This document shows, piece by piece, positions 51,061 through 64,000 of a stretch of 64,000 nt of DNA. Each line of letters opens with the position of its first letter. Position 1 is the first letter of the stretch. The position numbers were made by a program, and so were the translations under genes. Under the pieces are notes generated by a model. The model was not told the origin of the DNA, did no database searches, and saw only the letters and a program-made list of their open reading frames with translations. The stretch is from the human T2T-CHM13v2.0 reference genome, Homo sapiens: assembly GCF_009914755.1 (NCBI RefSeq), contig NC_060929.1; one strand, 5' to 3'.

Positions 51061-51295
51061 GGTTTAGTATAGTAAAGAGCACTGGATCTCAAGCCAGGCC
51101 ACACAGTAGCTGTGCGTTCTTGAAGTTACTTAAACTCTTTGTGCCTTGGTTTCCTTATGCGTAAAAGAGGGATCATTATACTACCTACGTCTTATGGTTG
51201 TTGTGAAGATTAAATACATTAATATACAGAAAGCACTTAGAAGAGTGCCTGAAATGTGGTCAGAACTACGTAAGTGCTTGCTGCTATTAATAATA
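51061..51295 (+). mobile_element. MIR
   Basis: aagttacttaaactctttgtgccttggtttccttat...ctacctacgtcttatggttgttgtgaagattaaat. Confidence 0.85.
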
Positions 51296-54200
51296 AAAAT
51301 GGCAAACAATTAAGTAGGAAAATGAATTACTTTACAAATTAGGGTGAAGCTTGGTTATCCATTTTCAAAGCAATACAGTTAGGGGTGATTGGTTATCCAT
51401 TTTGAAAGAAATACATTTAGACATATGCCTTAAACCATACCCAAAAAGCCAAACATAAAAGTACTAGACATAGCTGCAGAAAAAATATAAGCTTGGGGTA
51501 AAGAAAGCCTATCGAAGTAAGATATAAAACATTAAAACCATAAAGGAAAATAATCAAATATTTAAATACATTAAAATTTAAAAGGAAACTTCTGCATGCA
51601 AAAGACGTAGTAACATAATAGACAACCTTCAGCCTGGATATATATTTGCATTATATTAGCAAAGGATTAATATCAGTAAGCATCAATAGGAAAATAACAA
51701 TCCCTCCAATAGAAAAATGAATGATGGATATTAAAAAGCAATTTATAGAAAAAGAAATACAAATGTTCAATAAACCCTACAAAATATTCAACCTCATTGG
51801 TAATCAGATAAATGTAAATTAATGTGATACATTTTAATCAATTTTCACTAATCAGATTAACAAAATTATAGAAGCTTTATAATACCCAGGGTTAGTAAGG
51901 ATATGATAGATTAACACAATGATACCTTATTGGTAGGAGGATAAGAAGACAAAATCTTTTTGGAGAAAATTTTTTTACTATCTATTAAGATTAAAACTGC
52001 CTTTTTTTTTTACTTAGTTATTCCACATTTATGATCTTATTCTGAAGAATATTTTGCATGCAGTGGGCCTAAAAGTCTATGTACAAGAATGATCATGGCA
52101 GGTTTGTTCATGATAGTGAAAAGAGGGAAACATCCAAATACTCATAGTAGAAGAGTAGTTAAAGAGTGTATGGTAAAGCCATAATGTTGAATACTATGCA
52201 GCTATTAAAAAGGATGAAGTACATATAGTTTCATATCATTTATAATATATATGTGAAAAGCTTTTCAAGGAATAAGTGAAAGAGTAGTTTCAGAATAGCT
52301 CTATTTATTCTTTACACATGTATTAATGCACATATACTTGCACGTTGTGTTTACATATAAATATGTGAGGGTGTAGGAAAAATAATGAAAATAAAAGTAC
52401 TAAATTGTTAATTGTGGTTAACTCTGGGGATGGGTGGGATAGGGTGAGAGAGACAGACTGCATTTTTAGTCTTTTCAATTAGGTATAGTTTTAACTTTCT
52501 ATGATGAAAGTCCACTTATACACATCTTGTATAATAAAGGACAATGAAACATAATAGAAGAATAGCTACTGAAGATCTCAAAGAAAGACCAGGAGGCAGG
52601 TTGTTTTCTTGACAAATGCTCTTAATATCTAATTCCTATGACTTTAGCACTGTTTCAGCGCAAAGACATGAATTTTTTTTTTGAGACAGAGTGATGAATT
52701 TTAATTCATTTAATATGGCTAGCATAATCATGAAGCCAAATTTGACAAAGATAACATAGGGATAACACAACACTACAATTCATACTCATAAACACGGATA
52801 CAAACATTTAAAATAAAGTGCTGAAAAATCCAGTTAATAACGAAGTACTGTTTCTTCTAAAAATGCAAAAGTGATTTAACACTTTGACAAATATTAATGC
52901 TTTTCATAGGTTAAAAGAGACAAAGCATGTGATTGTCTAGAGGTGACTTTTCCACCTATTGATCTATTTGTTTAAAAAAAATTTATTGAGCCAGGGATTA
53001 TTCTAAATTCTGGTATAGAGGCAAATACAAATATGATAAAGTATGAAGGAGTGTTTAGATAGGGGAAGTCCTAGATATGAAAGAAATAGATAATCAAGCT
53101 TCTATCTGATAGCAATAGAAAATAATATTCATGTTAGGGAAAACCAGGAGTATTCCTATTCAAGTTGGAAGCAATACAATCAATTATTATGATTATTAAA
53201 GCTGTGTTTAATAAGTACTAACCAATGCAATAGGCTATATAAAAGAAATGTCATATACATTGGAAAAGAAAATTATAATACACAATTATAGTTATTTATA
53301 CATTTATATGATTCTCTACATAGAAAACTGAAGATAATGAGTTGAAAAAGTATTAGGAGATAGAGAGAGGCATTTGGTCAGGTGTCAAGTTACAAGAAAA
53401 ATATAGAGCTTTCCTGCACACTAGAAACAGCCAGTTATCATATGTATATAATGGAAAAGGATGTCATTATAATAGCAAAAATGATATAGCAGGCCCAGGC
53501 AAAAATAACAGAAAATTCACAGGACTTATAACAAGAAAATGATAAACTTTTTTTGAGAATAGAAAAGAAGTCTCAACCATGTTTCTAGAGGAAAATACTC
53601 AGAATTAGAAAGATGTCAGTTCTCCTTAAATTATCTTTCTATAAACTCAATTCAATTCTAATAAAAAACAATAATGTAATTTGAGAAAAAATTGAAAAAT
53701 AGTTCTTATTTAAAATTTTTATTTTTATTTTTGTCAAAGTCATACATATTCACTTTATGCTGAGTTCTACTAGCTTATAACAGCAATCTACAGCTTTGCA
53801 CTTTCTAGCTTCTGATTCCCATTTCCAAAGTAAAAAATTTCCAACAGTTTAAGCAGTTTTTACTGGTATTTACATCCATATTTTCAAATAAGCAGATTTT
53901 TCTGCTATTTAAGTTTTGTTTTTCTTTTTCAGTTTTGAATATTATCTATTGACTTCCTACTATTGAAGATAAGATTTAGTTTTCTTAACCACTCCTCAAA
54001 CCCCAACCAGTCTCCGTCCCCCAACTCAAATACACCCTACACAAATGCACAATCATTTAATCTTCTTTGGTTCTATTCATATACAGTGTTAAAATTATAG
54101 TGTCTATATAAATAGCATTCACAGGTGAGTCTCACAATATTCTACAATTTCCTTTTATAATAGAAATGAAGCACTGTTTCTTCTAAAAAATGCAAAAGCT

Positions 54201-54297
54201 TTTTTTATGACAAATATTAATACTTTTCATAGGTTAAAAGAGATAAAGCTTTTCCAGAAAAGCTAATAATTATTTCATTTTTTAAAAGTTGCATTGT

Positions 54298-55384
<1,087 letters not shown>

Positions 55385-56229
55385 ATACAATGGATAGAGC
55401 TAAAGGGGAGGAGAGAGTAAGAATGAAAATAAGAACCTCTTAATACATTCAAGCACTTAAGGAAAATCTGAGAACTCCAGTTCTTGAAAATATGGATTTT
55501 GAATCCATCCTTCCACTCCACAATGGATTCGTCTCTTTCTAGTCTTACTGTCTTGCTGTGTTTCAGGACATTCCTTCATTGTCATCCTGGGAACACAACC
55601 TCCTTTTTTGATGTTGGAGCTCCCATTTGTTGGATTCTATGTCTTCCTCTTTCATGGTTTACAACCTTGTTTGTGGGGAGCACTTTATTGAGTAGATTCC
55701 AGGGAACTGTGCTACAGAACTGACCTAGGGAGGAAATGCTACTGCCACTGCCCCAACAGGCACCAGAGAAAACTGCTGTTGCTTCTGCATCCCCCAGCTC
55801 AAACCAACCACTGGTATCCTCTGGGAAATCTGGGCTCCCATGACTGCCCTAACCAAAGCCTGGAAGCCTCTGCAGTCATCTGTGCCTGTAAGTTAAAACT
55901 GTACCTGGTATTGTGTTTTAAAATTAATCTGTTAGACCCTTTTCTTTAAATACATATTTACAAGCTGTGTTTTTAAATGTTAAGAAATGTTAAAAAAAAT
56001 TTCCTCCAATCTATTTACACAGATTGGAATAATTTGAGCTTGATCAGGTGATATTCAAATGGATTAATTCTCATTAAGTTGGTGAGTAAAAACAACCTGT
56101 GATGACAAACTTAGTTTATAATTTTAAGTTAACATACACAGTTTTTTACAACAGTCGTTTTGACCAAAGGAGATAGTCCTTGATGTTTCCTGTTAATAAT
56201 TATCCCTGATGTTTATTATTGATGTTTCC

Positions 56230-56470
56230 TCAAGGATATCCTTTATCCTTGATGTTTTCTTTTAGTAATTTTCCTTCGACTGACCACCCCCACAATCCTG
56301 CTCCATGGTCATAAATCCCCACTTGTTCTTACTGAAGTCAGAGTTGAGTTTGATCTCTCTCCCTTGCAGTGAGACCCTATTACTGTGGTCCCTATACCTG
56401 TTGCTAAGGGCTCCCTTGCTTTGAGTAAAGTCTGCTTTAACAAGTGTCATGAATATGTTTTTCTTTAACC
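56230..56470 (+). mobile_element. ERV1 LTR 3' part (MER31-like)
   Basis: ataaatccccacttg...gagttgag...ctttaacaagtgtca...tttttctttaac. Confidence 0.6.
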
Positions 56471-56545
56471 ATAGTAACTTATATCACATGGTCTAATTGC
56501 AAGTTTGTAAGTCAACATTTTATAGAAATATTAAAAATAAAGCTT

Positions 56546-57297
56546 TGTAGGGTAGAAGAGGGAAAGCTTCCCCTTCACCCTCTGAAAACTCACTGAAAAT
56601 AAACTGATGAAAGGAAGATTAACAGGAGAAAAAGCCATACAAAATTTATTTAATGTGCCCTGGGGAGAATCACAGGACAGTGATTGCCCTAATCCCATGA
56701 GGTCCAGTTGGTTATATACTCTTCTTCATAAGGAAGAGGGAGATGGGGAGTAGGGTATAGGAGTAAATGATTTGCAGGGGAAATGAATGAGTCCCAAGAA
56801 CAATGGCCTTGGGCAAAGTTCCTGTGAGCTCTGGAGGAAGTGGCTGCAAGGTGAGAGGCAGAACTTCATTGTGAGCAAAGGTTGTCTTATGCAGATAGAG
56901 TCTCCCAGTTAATCTCTTGGAGCTACTTCTTATAGATGAAAAGTCTGTCTGTGTGTGGGTGTGACTCCCAGTCCCTTCTCTGTGGGAATTGACTCTTCTC
57001 CAGTGGTTAATCTTTCCTGGCTATTTGATGAGATTCCTAGGGGAGAGTCTTAAGACAATTGCATTTCTTTTTATTAAAAAAAAAAAAAAAAAAAGCTTTC
57101 TTAGTCAAATAAGGAAATTCCAGAGAGAATCCCTCCTGGTTCTTTGGGAAAGAAAGAGAATACCAGACAGGGCTTTGGGGGAAGGTCAGAGAGACTGGTT
57201 CTGTGGCTTATTTCTGAGGCTTTTCAATTTTCTTTGATTCAAAGAACTCAGCATGACAAGCGCCATATTTTGTGGTACTGCTTCTTGTGCCTCAGCA
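56546..57297 (-). mobile_element. ERV1 LTR (MER34/MER39 group)
   Basis: Minus-strand start TGCTGAGGCACAAG...AAAATATGGCGCTT...CATGCTGAG. Confidence 0.65.
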
Positions 57298-57320
57298 GGG
57301 CAAATAAAAAGGATTACCTT

Positions 57321-57496
57321 TGTAAACCAAAAAGTATCTGAGAAAAGTCTCAATCAATTTAGACGTTTATTTTGCCAAGGGAGAAAAGTCTCAATCAATT
57401 TAGATGTTTATTTTGCCAAGGTTAGGGACATGCCTGTGATAGTCTCAGGAAGTCCTGAGTGCCATATTAGGGGTATCTTTTTCTGTACCCCCAACA
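57321..57496. mobile_element. Internally deleted MER4-type LTR with a 41-bp tandem duplication
   Basis: tgtaaaccaaaaagtatctgag start; gagaaaagtctcaatcaatttaga(c/t)gtttattttgccaagg twice (57340-57421). Confidence 0.7.
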
Positions 57497-58341
57497 CTTT
57501 CAAGCATTATAAGAAAGCTTTGTTCTTAGCAAACTGACCTAGGCAGAAACTCAACTTTTTGGAGACAAAAAAATGTATAATTCTAACTTAGATTTCTTAG
57601 AAATAGGTATGTACATAATTGCTAAATATTACTTATATATTTGAAAGTGGTAAGAGCTGTCACAAAGAGTAAACAGACTTATTTTTTCACATTTATTAAA
57701 AATTAAGATTTGTTTCTACTATTTGAATAACATTTGCTATCAAGTGCTCAACTAAAGAATATCTGTAACATAGTGATGAAACTATTTTCTGCAAGTCCAT
57801 GGGTTTAAATTGTTTAAATAGATGGGTGACAATATGAATCAGATGGAGACCCATCAATCTGATACTTAGCTTTAATTTCCAATTGTGCTCAGTATTCTTG
57901 CTTGCATAGCAAATTCTCTTCCTGCTGGAATAAAAGCATGAAAAAATTTTCCTAATCTCAGAATTGAGACCAAGTGACTTTTATGTTAGCATCAGTCATT
58001 CTCTCTTTGGGGTAATCTATGACAACACTGAGAAAATGAGATTGGTTTTAAGAGTTTGGAATACAAATGAGGATGAAGAAAATAAAGAAATAAGGAATTA
58101 TGTAATGGTAGTAGTGGATTCAAGCACTGTACCTTAAATTCTACAAAATTAATTATAGAACAGAGTTATAAGTACTTTCATGTTCCAAGTTAGAGCAATT
58201 TTGAGTTGAATATCATCCATTAGTAATTATTTGATTTTTTTGCTTCAAATTTGGAGCAATATTACTTTGAAAGATACACAAAGAAAAAATAGGATTGTAG
58301 GACAAAATTTATAGACATTTCTCTGAGCTTCCCTTACCTAG

Positions 58342-58701
58342 TGCTAAGGTTTGTTTGTTTCTTCCAAAACTTATGTCAAAATTTAATTGCCATTGTGATG
58401 GTACTGGAAGGTGGGGCCTCTAATAGGTATTTAGGTTATGAGTGTTCCACCCTAATGAACGGACTAATGCTGTAATTTCAGTAATGGATTTGCTCTCTCT
58501 TGCTCTCTCCTGTCCTCTTTTTGTCCTTCTGCCATGTGATGCATTTCATCATGTGTGATGTAACAAGAAGGCAGCTTGCAGTTTACAGGTCCTTGATCTT
58601 GAACTTCCCAGCCTCCAGAACTTTGAGAAATAAATTTCTGTTCACTACAAACTACCCAGTCTATGGTATTCTCTTATAGTAACACAAAACAGACTGAGAC
58701 A
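58342..58701 (+). mobile_element. MaLR solo LTR (MSTD-like) with 5-bp TSD CCTAG
   Basis: tgctaagg...cagactgagaca termini; cctag at 58337-58341 and 58702-58706. Confidence 0.85.
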
Positions 58702-59615
58702 CCTAGTTATATATCCATCTTTTGATCAAGGCGACTATGGTGGTGAGGGTCATTGGAGAATGGCTGAGGGTGCCACAGTTATACAGTAAGACTTCTGATC
58801 TTAGCTGTGTCCAAGAGCCCATTACAATATAATTTACATTTATGAGATGATCTGAGCTTGAAATCTGAACAATTCCAGATGAGAATAGGCAGCAGAGGAG
58901 GATACAGTGAGGCTGATTGTGACCCTCCATGATGCAGGATTGGTAAACACAGAATGGGGGAGGCAATGCTCAAGATGATCAAAATAATCATCTGCCACTC
59001 CCAGGCCAAAGACCTAGTTCTGTATAATTGGGATATACACTTCTAGGGCTATGATCTTCTCAGTCTGTAACTTTTTATTTTTCCATGATCTAACAGTCTC
59101 TATTTTGAGCTTCCATTCTATTTGGTGGTAGAAAATTAACAGAGTCCATTCTTCATTCTTGCAAGGTCTGAGGGATGATGGGTCCTTGAGTTGCACTGAA
59201 ATGTCAAAGGGGGGAGAGTGTGGTCTCAGGACATCATCTGTCCTGTGTGGAATTTGCTGTGACCTAGAAACTATCTGGTTCCTGGTTGTCATTATCCTGC
59301 TGTTGTGATATCCAATATAATGTCCACATTCCTACAGTGTTTCTGGTTTTGTGTGGCTTATACTGCTGTATCCCCTAATCATGGCTGCAAGACCCCTCCA
59401 GGTATATCAGCCCCCTCTCAGCTAAATTGCTCAGCTTTTAGGGGTAACTTTTGGATGATGTCTTGTGCCACTCTGGAACCATGGGAAACTGGGAAGTTGT
59501 CTCAAGCCCTCTCTGCCTAGAGAGACTGCCGTGTCATGGTATTTCAGGGTGTCAGTTAACATGTTTCCAGCTGTGAATAACAAGAAACTTATCTTAAACT
59601 ACCTAAGTGAAACTA

Positions 59616-59984
<369 letters not shown>

Positions 59985-60835
59985 TCAAGAGGTAAGGTGG
60001 GTTTCAGGCTGTGTTGATCCAACATGTTCAATAATGCAATTAAACACCCAGGTTCTCTGTGTTTCTCTACACTGCCTCTGACCTGTCACCTTTGTTCTTA
60101 AGCAGACTCCTGTCTTGGTTGTTTGATAGGTGTAAGGAGAAAATAGGGATTTCTCTTTTATATCTGGTTGGTTTCTCATGATTCATACTTAAGAATAAAG
60201 AGTGTTCCCAGAAGTTTCTGGTAAACCTCCCTTCATGTCTCATTGTCATAACTAGGTCGCATGCTCATTTCTGAACCAATTATTAGAAAGATAAATGGAA
60301 TTACTCTTAGACCAAAATCAGGCTGAACCCTGAAGCTGAGGTAACTCTGTCACTCATTGTCTCCTGTTGTAGTTGGCTACGTGGTGGAGAGATGAGTATC
60401 TGGACAAAATTTAAAAATGTATTAGGAAGAGAACAAGGAAGATGGATATTCTCTGAGTAAAACTACCAATCAGAATTTAGTTAGGAAAACAAACCACTCT
60501 AGGCATTTCGAGCAGAGTGGATTTTAACAAAGGGAGTTAAGTGACAAAATTATTGGAAGGGATAAAAGAGACAAAAGGAAGGGAGAAAATATGATGTTAG
60601 TCAGTGCTCAGGAACTTTAGGAAGATGCTACTGCTCCTGCAGGACACCACAACTGCGCAATCCCTCATTCCTCTGAAACTATTCTCATTTGTTCCTGTAG
60701 TTCCTACAGTAGTAGGAACAGGAACTGTAGTGCAGTTCAGTACAGTACAGGAACTGTAGTGCAGTTCCTATGGGGCGCTCTGCTCCAAAGCCAAAGCCAG
60801 GAGAAGATGTGCCTCTGCCTTCCTTCTTCCTTTTC

Positions 60836-62119
60836 ATTTTTTAATAAACAGATTTATTGAGATATAGTTTATATAACATACAATCCAATCATTTAAAATA
60901 TATAATGCAATGCCTTTAGTGTATTCACAGAGTTGTGAATTCATCACCACTATAAATTTTAGAATATTTCATTACCTCCAAAAAGAAATCCCTTCTCATT
61001 AGACATCACCCCTCAATCCAAATCCCCTTATACCCCACTGTCTGGCTCTGGGCAATCAGTAATCTGCTTTTTGTCTGTATAGGTTTGCCTAATCCAGACA
61101 TTTCATAGAAATAGAATCTTACAATAAGTGGCCGTTTGTAATGGATACTTTCACTTAGCATAATGTTCTCAGTGTTATGGTTCATTCATTCTTGTTGTAA
61201 TATGTGTCAATATTTCATGTGGTCTGATTACTAAATATATTGCATAGTATCAATATACCATGTTTTACTTATCCATTCATTAGTTAATAAACGTTTGGGT
61301 TATTTCTACTTTTTGGTTATTGTAAATAATATTGCTATGACCATTTGTGTACAAGGTTTTGTGTGGAATTATACATGTTGAGTGTATACTTAGGAGTGGA
61401 ATTGCTGGTTCATATGCTAACTCTAACCTTTTGAAGAATTGCTATACTGATTGTAAAGCAGCTGCCCCATTTTACATTCCCACCAGCAATATATGAAGGT
61501 TCCAATTTCTCCACATTATCACTGGCAGTTCTTATTATCTGTTTTTTAAAAAAATTTTATTATTGCCTTCTTAGTGGGTATGAAGTGATATTCCATTGTG
61601 ATTTTGATTTGCATTTCCCTAATGTCTAATAATATTGAATATTTTTTCTTGTGCTTATTAGCCATTAGTATATCTTCTTTGGAGAAATGTCTGTTCAGAT
61701 GCTTTGCCCAGTTTTTAATTGGATCATTTGTCTTTTTATTATTGAGTTATAATACTTTTTTATGTGTTCTAGATACAAGCACCTTGTCAGATACATGATT
61801 TGCAAATATTTTCTCTTATATCATAGTCTGTCTTTCCACTTTTTCTTAATGCCCTTTGGTATATGAGAGTTTTTAATTTTGATGAAGTCTAATTTACCTG
61901 TAATTCCTTTTGCTGCTTGTGCTTTGGGTATCATATCTAAAAATCTATTGCCAAATCTGAAATCATGAAGATTTACTCTCTATGTTATCTTCTAAGAATT
62001 TTACAGATTTAGTAGGTACAATTAGATCTTAGATCCATTTTGAGTTATTTTTTGTGTATGATGGAAGGAAGGGGTCCAACTTCATTCTTTTGCATATGGC
62101 TATCCAGGTGTCCCAGCAC
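60836..62119 (-). mobile_element. L1MB-type 3' portion
   Basis: Reverse L1 3' UTR and ORF2 end (aggggtccaacttcattcttttgcatatgg...cccagcac). Confidence 0.88.
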
Positions 62120-64000
62120 TTCCCTTTAATCTTGTGCAAGTCCCTTCCACTGGCAAGTCTGGAACTAAAATTAGGCTGAAAAGGGAAATTGGAAAATCTA
62201 GTTTCCAGACGTCTAGCCCCTGTGATATAAGAGAGAGTTTACAAGGGTGGGGACCAACCCGCAGTATTTAGCACCTAACTACCATAAGCATTAGGCTTCT
62301 GTGGGGGTTGCTGTCTCTTGGGTGTCTAGACAGAAAGCAGGCCACATGCCTCCTTTTGTTCAAAGATCCTAAACCTATCAAGGATCAATTTATCACCCTC
62401 AAATCTTGGGATGGATGCAGAATGTGGGATCCCAGCTCACTCTATTTTATTTCTCTCATCTCTGTTCTTCCTTCTCCCTAGTCCAGAGAATTCTAAAATT
62501 GAGTCTAAGAAAAACTCTGTCCTATATCTTTCCAGATATTTCTGCCTTCTACACTTTTGTTCTCTATCTCTATCTCTTTCTTCTCTTAGATTGGATCCTT
62601 AAGTAAAACTGCCTGAAAAGGAGGGCTTTGGTAGAGATGAGGAAAATTTTGTTATTAATTAATACTTTGAAGTTTTATCCTGCCATACACTGGTAGAAAT
62701 AGAGATGAGAGGGTGTGGAGTGGGGCAAATTATTATAGTACTTGCTGAAAGTAACAATAGTAGCCATGTTAAGATAAAAAAGTAACAACAAAAAAGTCCT
62801 ACTTCTCTAAGAAATACATGCATATGAGCATATGAGGTGTTGTCTACCTTTAAAGGTATATTGCCTTGCTTTTCTTAATTTCAAAACAATTTGAAACATA
62901 CTATGGTAAGCTTTTAAAAGAAGGAAAGAAAATCTTAAAGGTACAAGATTATTTTAGACTGAATATTAGACAATAGAAAGCAGCCCTTTGCCTGACAGAT
63001 TGGGAAGATGGGTTCATGAATGTGATGCAGTGTGTCAGAGACAGGAATAAGATTTGGTGAAGGAAGAGGGATTCTCAGGGGGGGGGGTAAAATTATAGAT
63101 AAGAAGCTAAAATTAATAGATAAGCAGGACATTCATGCCTTTGCTATAGATTTCCAGTTATGACTAAGCAGGTATTAGAGGGTAATTTGGCAATGGTTTT
63201 ACAATTGTATTTTATAATGAACCATAGCATACTAATATAGACTAAACTGTTTAAACATCTTGGGAGACTTTAATTTATTTAGCTTAAGAGCTTAGTTGAA
63301 GGGAAAAAAATAGTGGAAAGTAAGCTGTAGGATTGCTTTTCCTGAATTCTAAATTTAGCTTAAGCATATTTCTAATCTTCTATGCCAGGAATATTTTCTT
63401 GAAAATGCATTTGAATTGATTAATCTGATCATCTTTATTAATATGGGATTTGAACAGACATAAACATGCTTACTGTATTTTACTGTGTTGGTTTTTAGGC
63501 TAAGTAATCCTGTAAATGATTAGTTAATTATATTCTGTTCGATTACCAAGGTACTTAACTTAAATCCAGTATGATCATAAAAGGTAAGTAAATCTTCAGT
63601 GACAATGATGGAGATTCCACACATGGTTACATTTGAGAAGGCAAAAGGAACTACATCATGTGACCAGAGCCTGCACAATGTAATTCCCATTACATTATGA
63701 CAGTAATTTAAAAGAAATAGACTGTGGGAAGAGCAACACAAATTCACAGCCACTGTTTTGGGTCTGATGACCCAAAGACAAATAATATTCCTCACCAAAC
63801 TGATTCTCTTATGAAAGTAGGAGGGAAACTTTCCATTACCAGTTGTATAAATTGCCCCTATCCCTTTTCAATTTAGGCCCAGATGACCTCACCTTACATA
63901 TGGGTATAAATAAGGTACTTTTTAATGAACTACAGAAAAGGAAAACACTATGTGAAAACTCAAGGATGTGGTATCAATATAACTCTCAAATTCAAAAAGG

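Larger units (their letters stand above)
47330..53700 (+). mobile_element. Fragmented ancient L1M (5' region, ORF1 and ORF2 relics) with nested insertions
   Basis: A-rich degenerate L1 motifs (acattgaatgtaaatg, ggactggatataaaaacaggagccaac, atacaaaattaacatagaaaaaaatca); boundaries approximate. Confidence 0.6.

Overview
Primate (human-like) genomic DNA, roughly half interspersed repeats: several L1 copies (L1PA/L1PB/L1M), about 14 Alu pieces, MaLR/ERV LTRs, L2, MIR, L3/CR1 and DNA-transposon relics. No intact protein-coding ORF is supportable; the long ORFs in the track are broken L1 ORF2, Alu, CpG-island or microsatellite artefacts. A CpG island at about 28.9-29.5 kb looks like a bidirectional promoter. 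It has candidate + strand exons downstream (31605-31683, 37292-37320), a candidate - strand exon pair (ending 28872; 23249-23096) and two more + strand exon candidates upstream (10157-10219, 11041-11158). I do not recognise the gene. Most notable observations: a gap-free 167-bp, ~92%-identical inverted repeat of MIR-derived DNA around a 1.1-kb spacer; two tailless small-RNA retrocopies with TSDs (tRNA-Met 5' half, U6 5' end); an AluY between ~182-bp direct repeats; a perfect palindromic 34-bp AT-rich minisatellite; and a pure (GAA)59 tract. Repeat subfamily names come from memory of consensus sequences and are approximate. I found no verifiable new biological system, only candidates.
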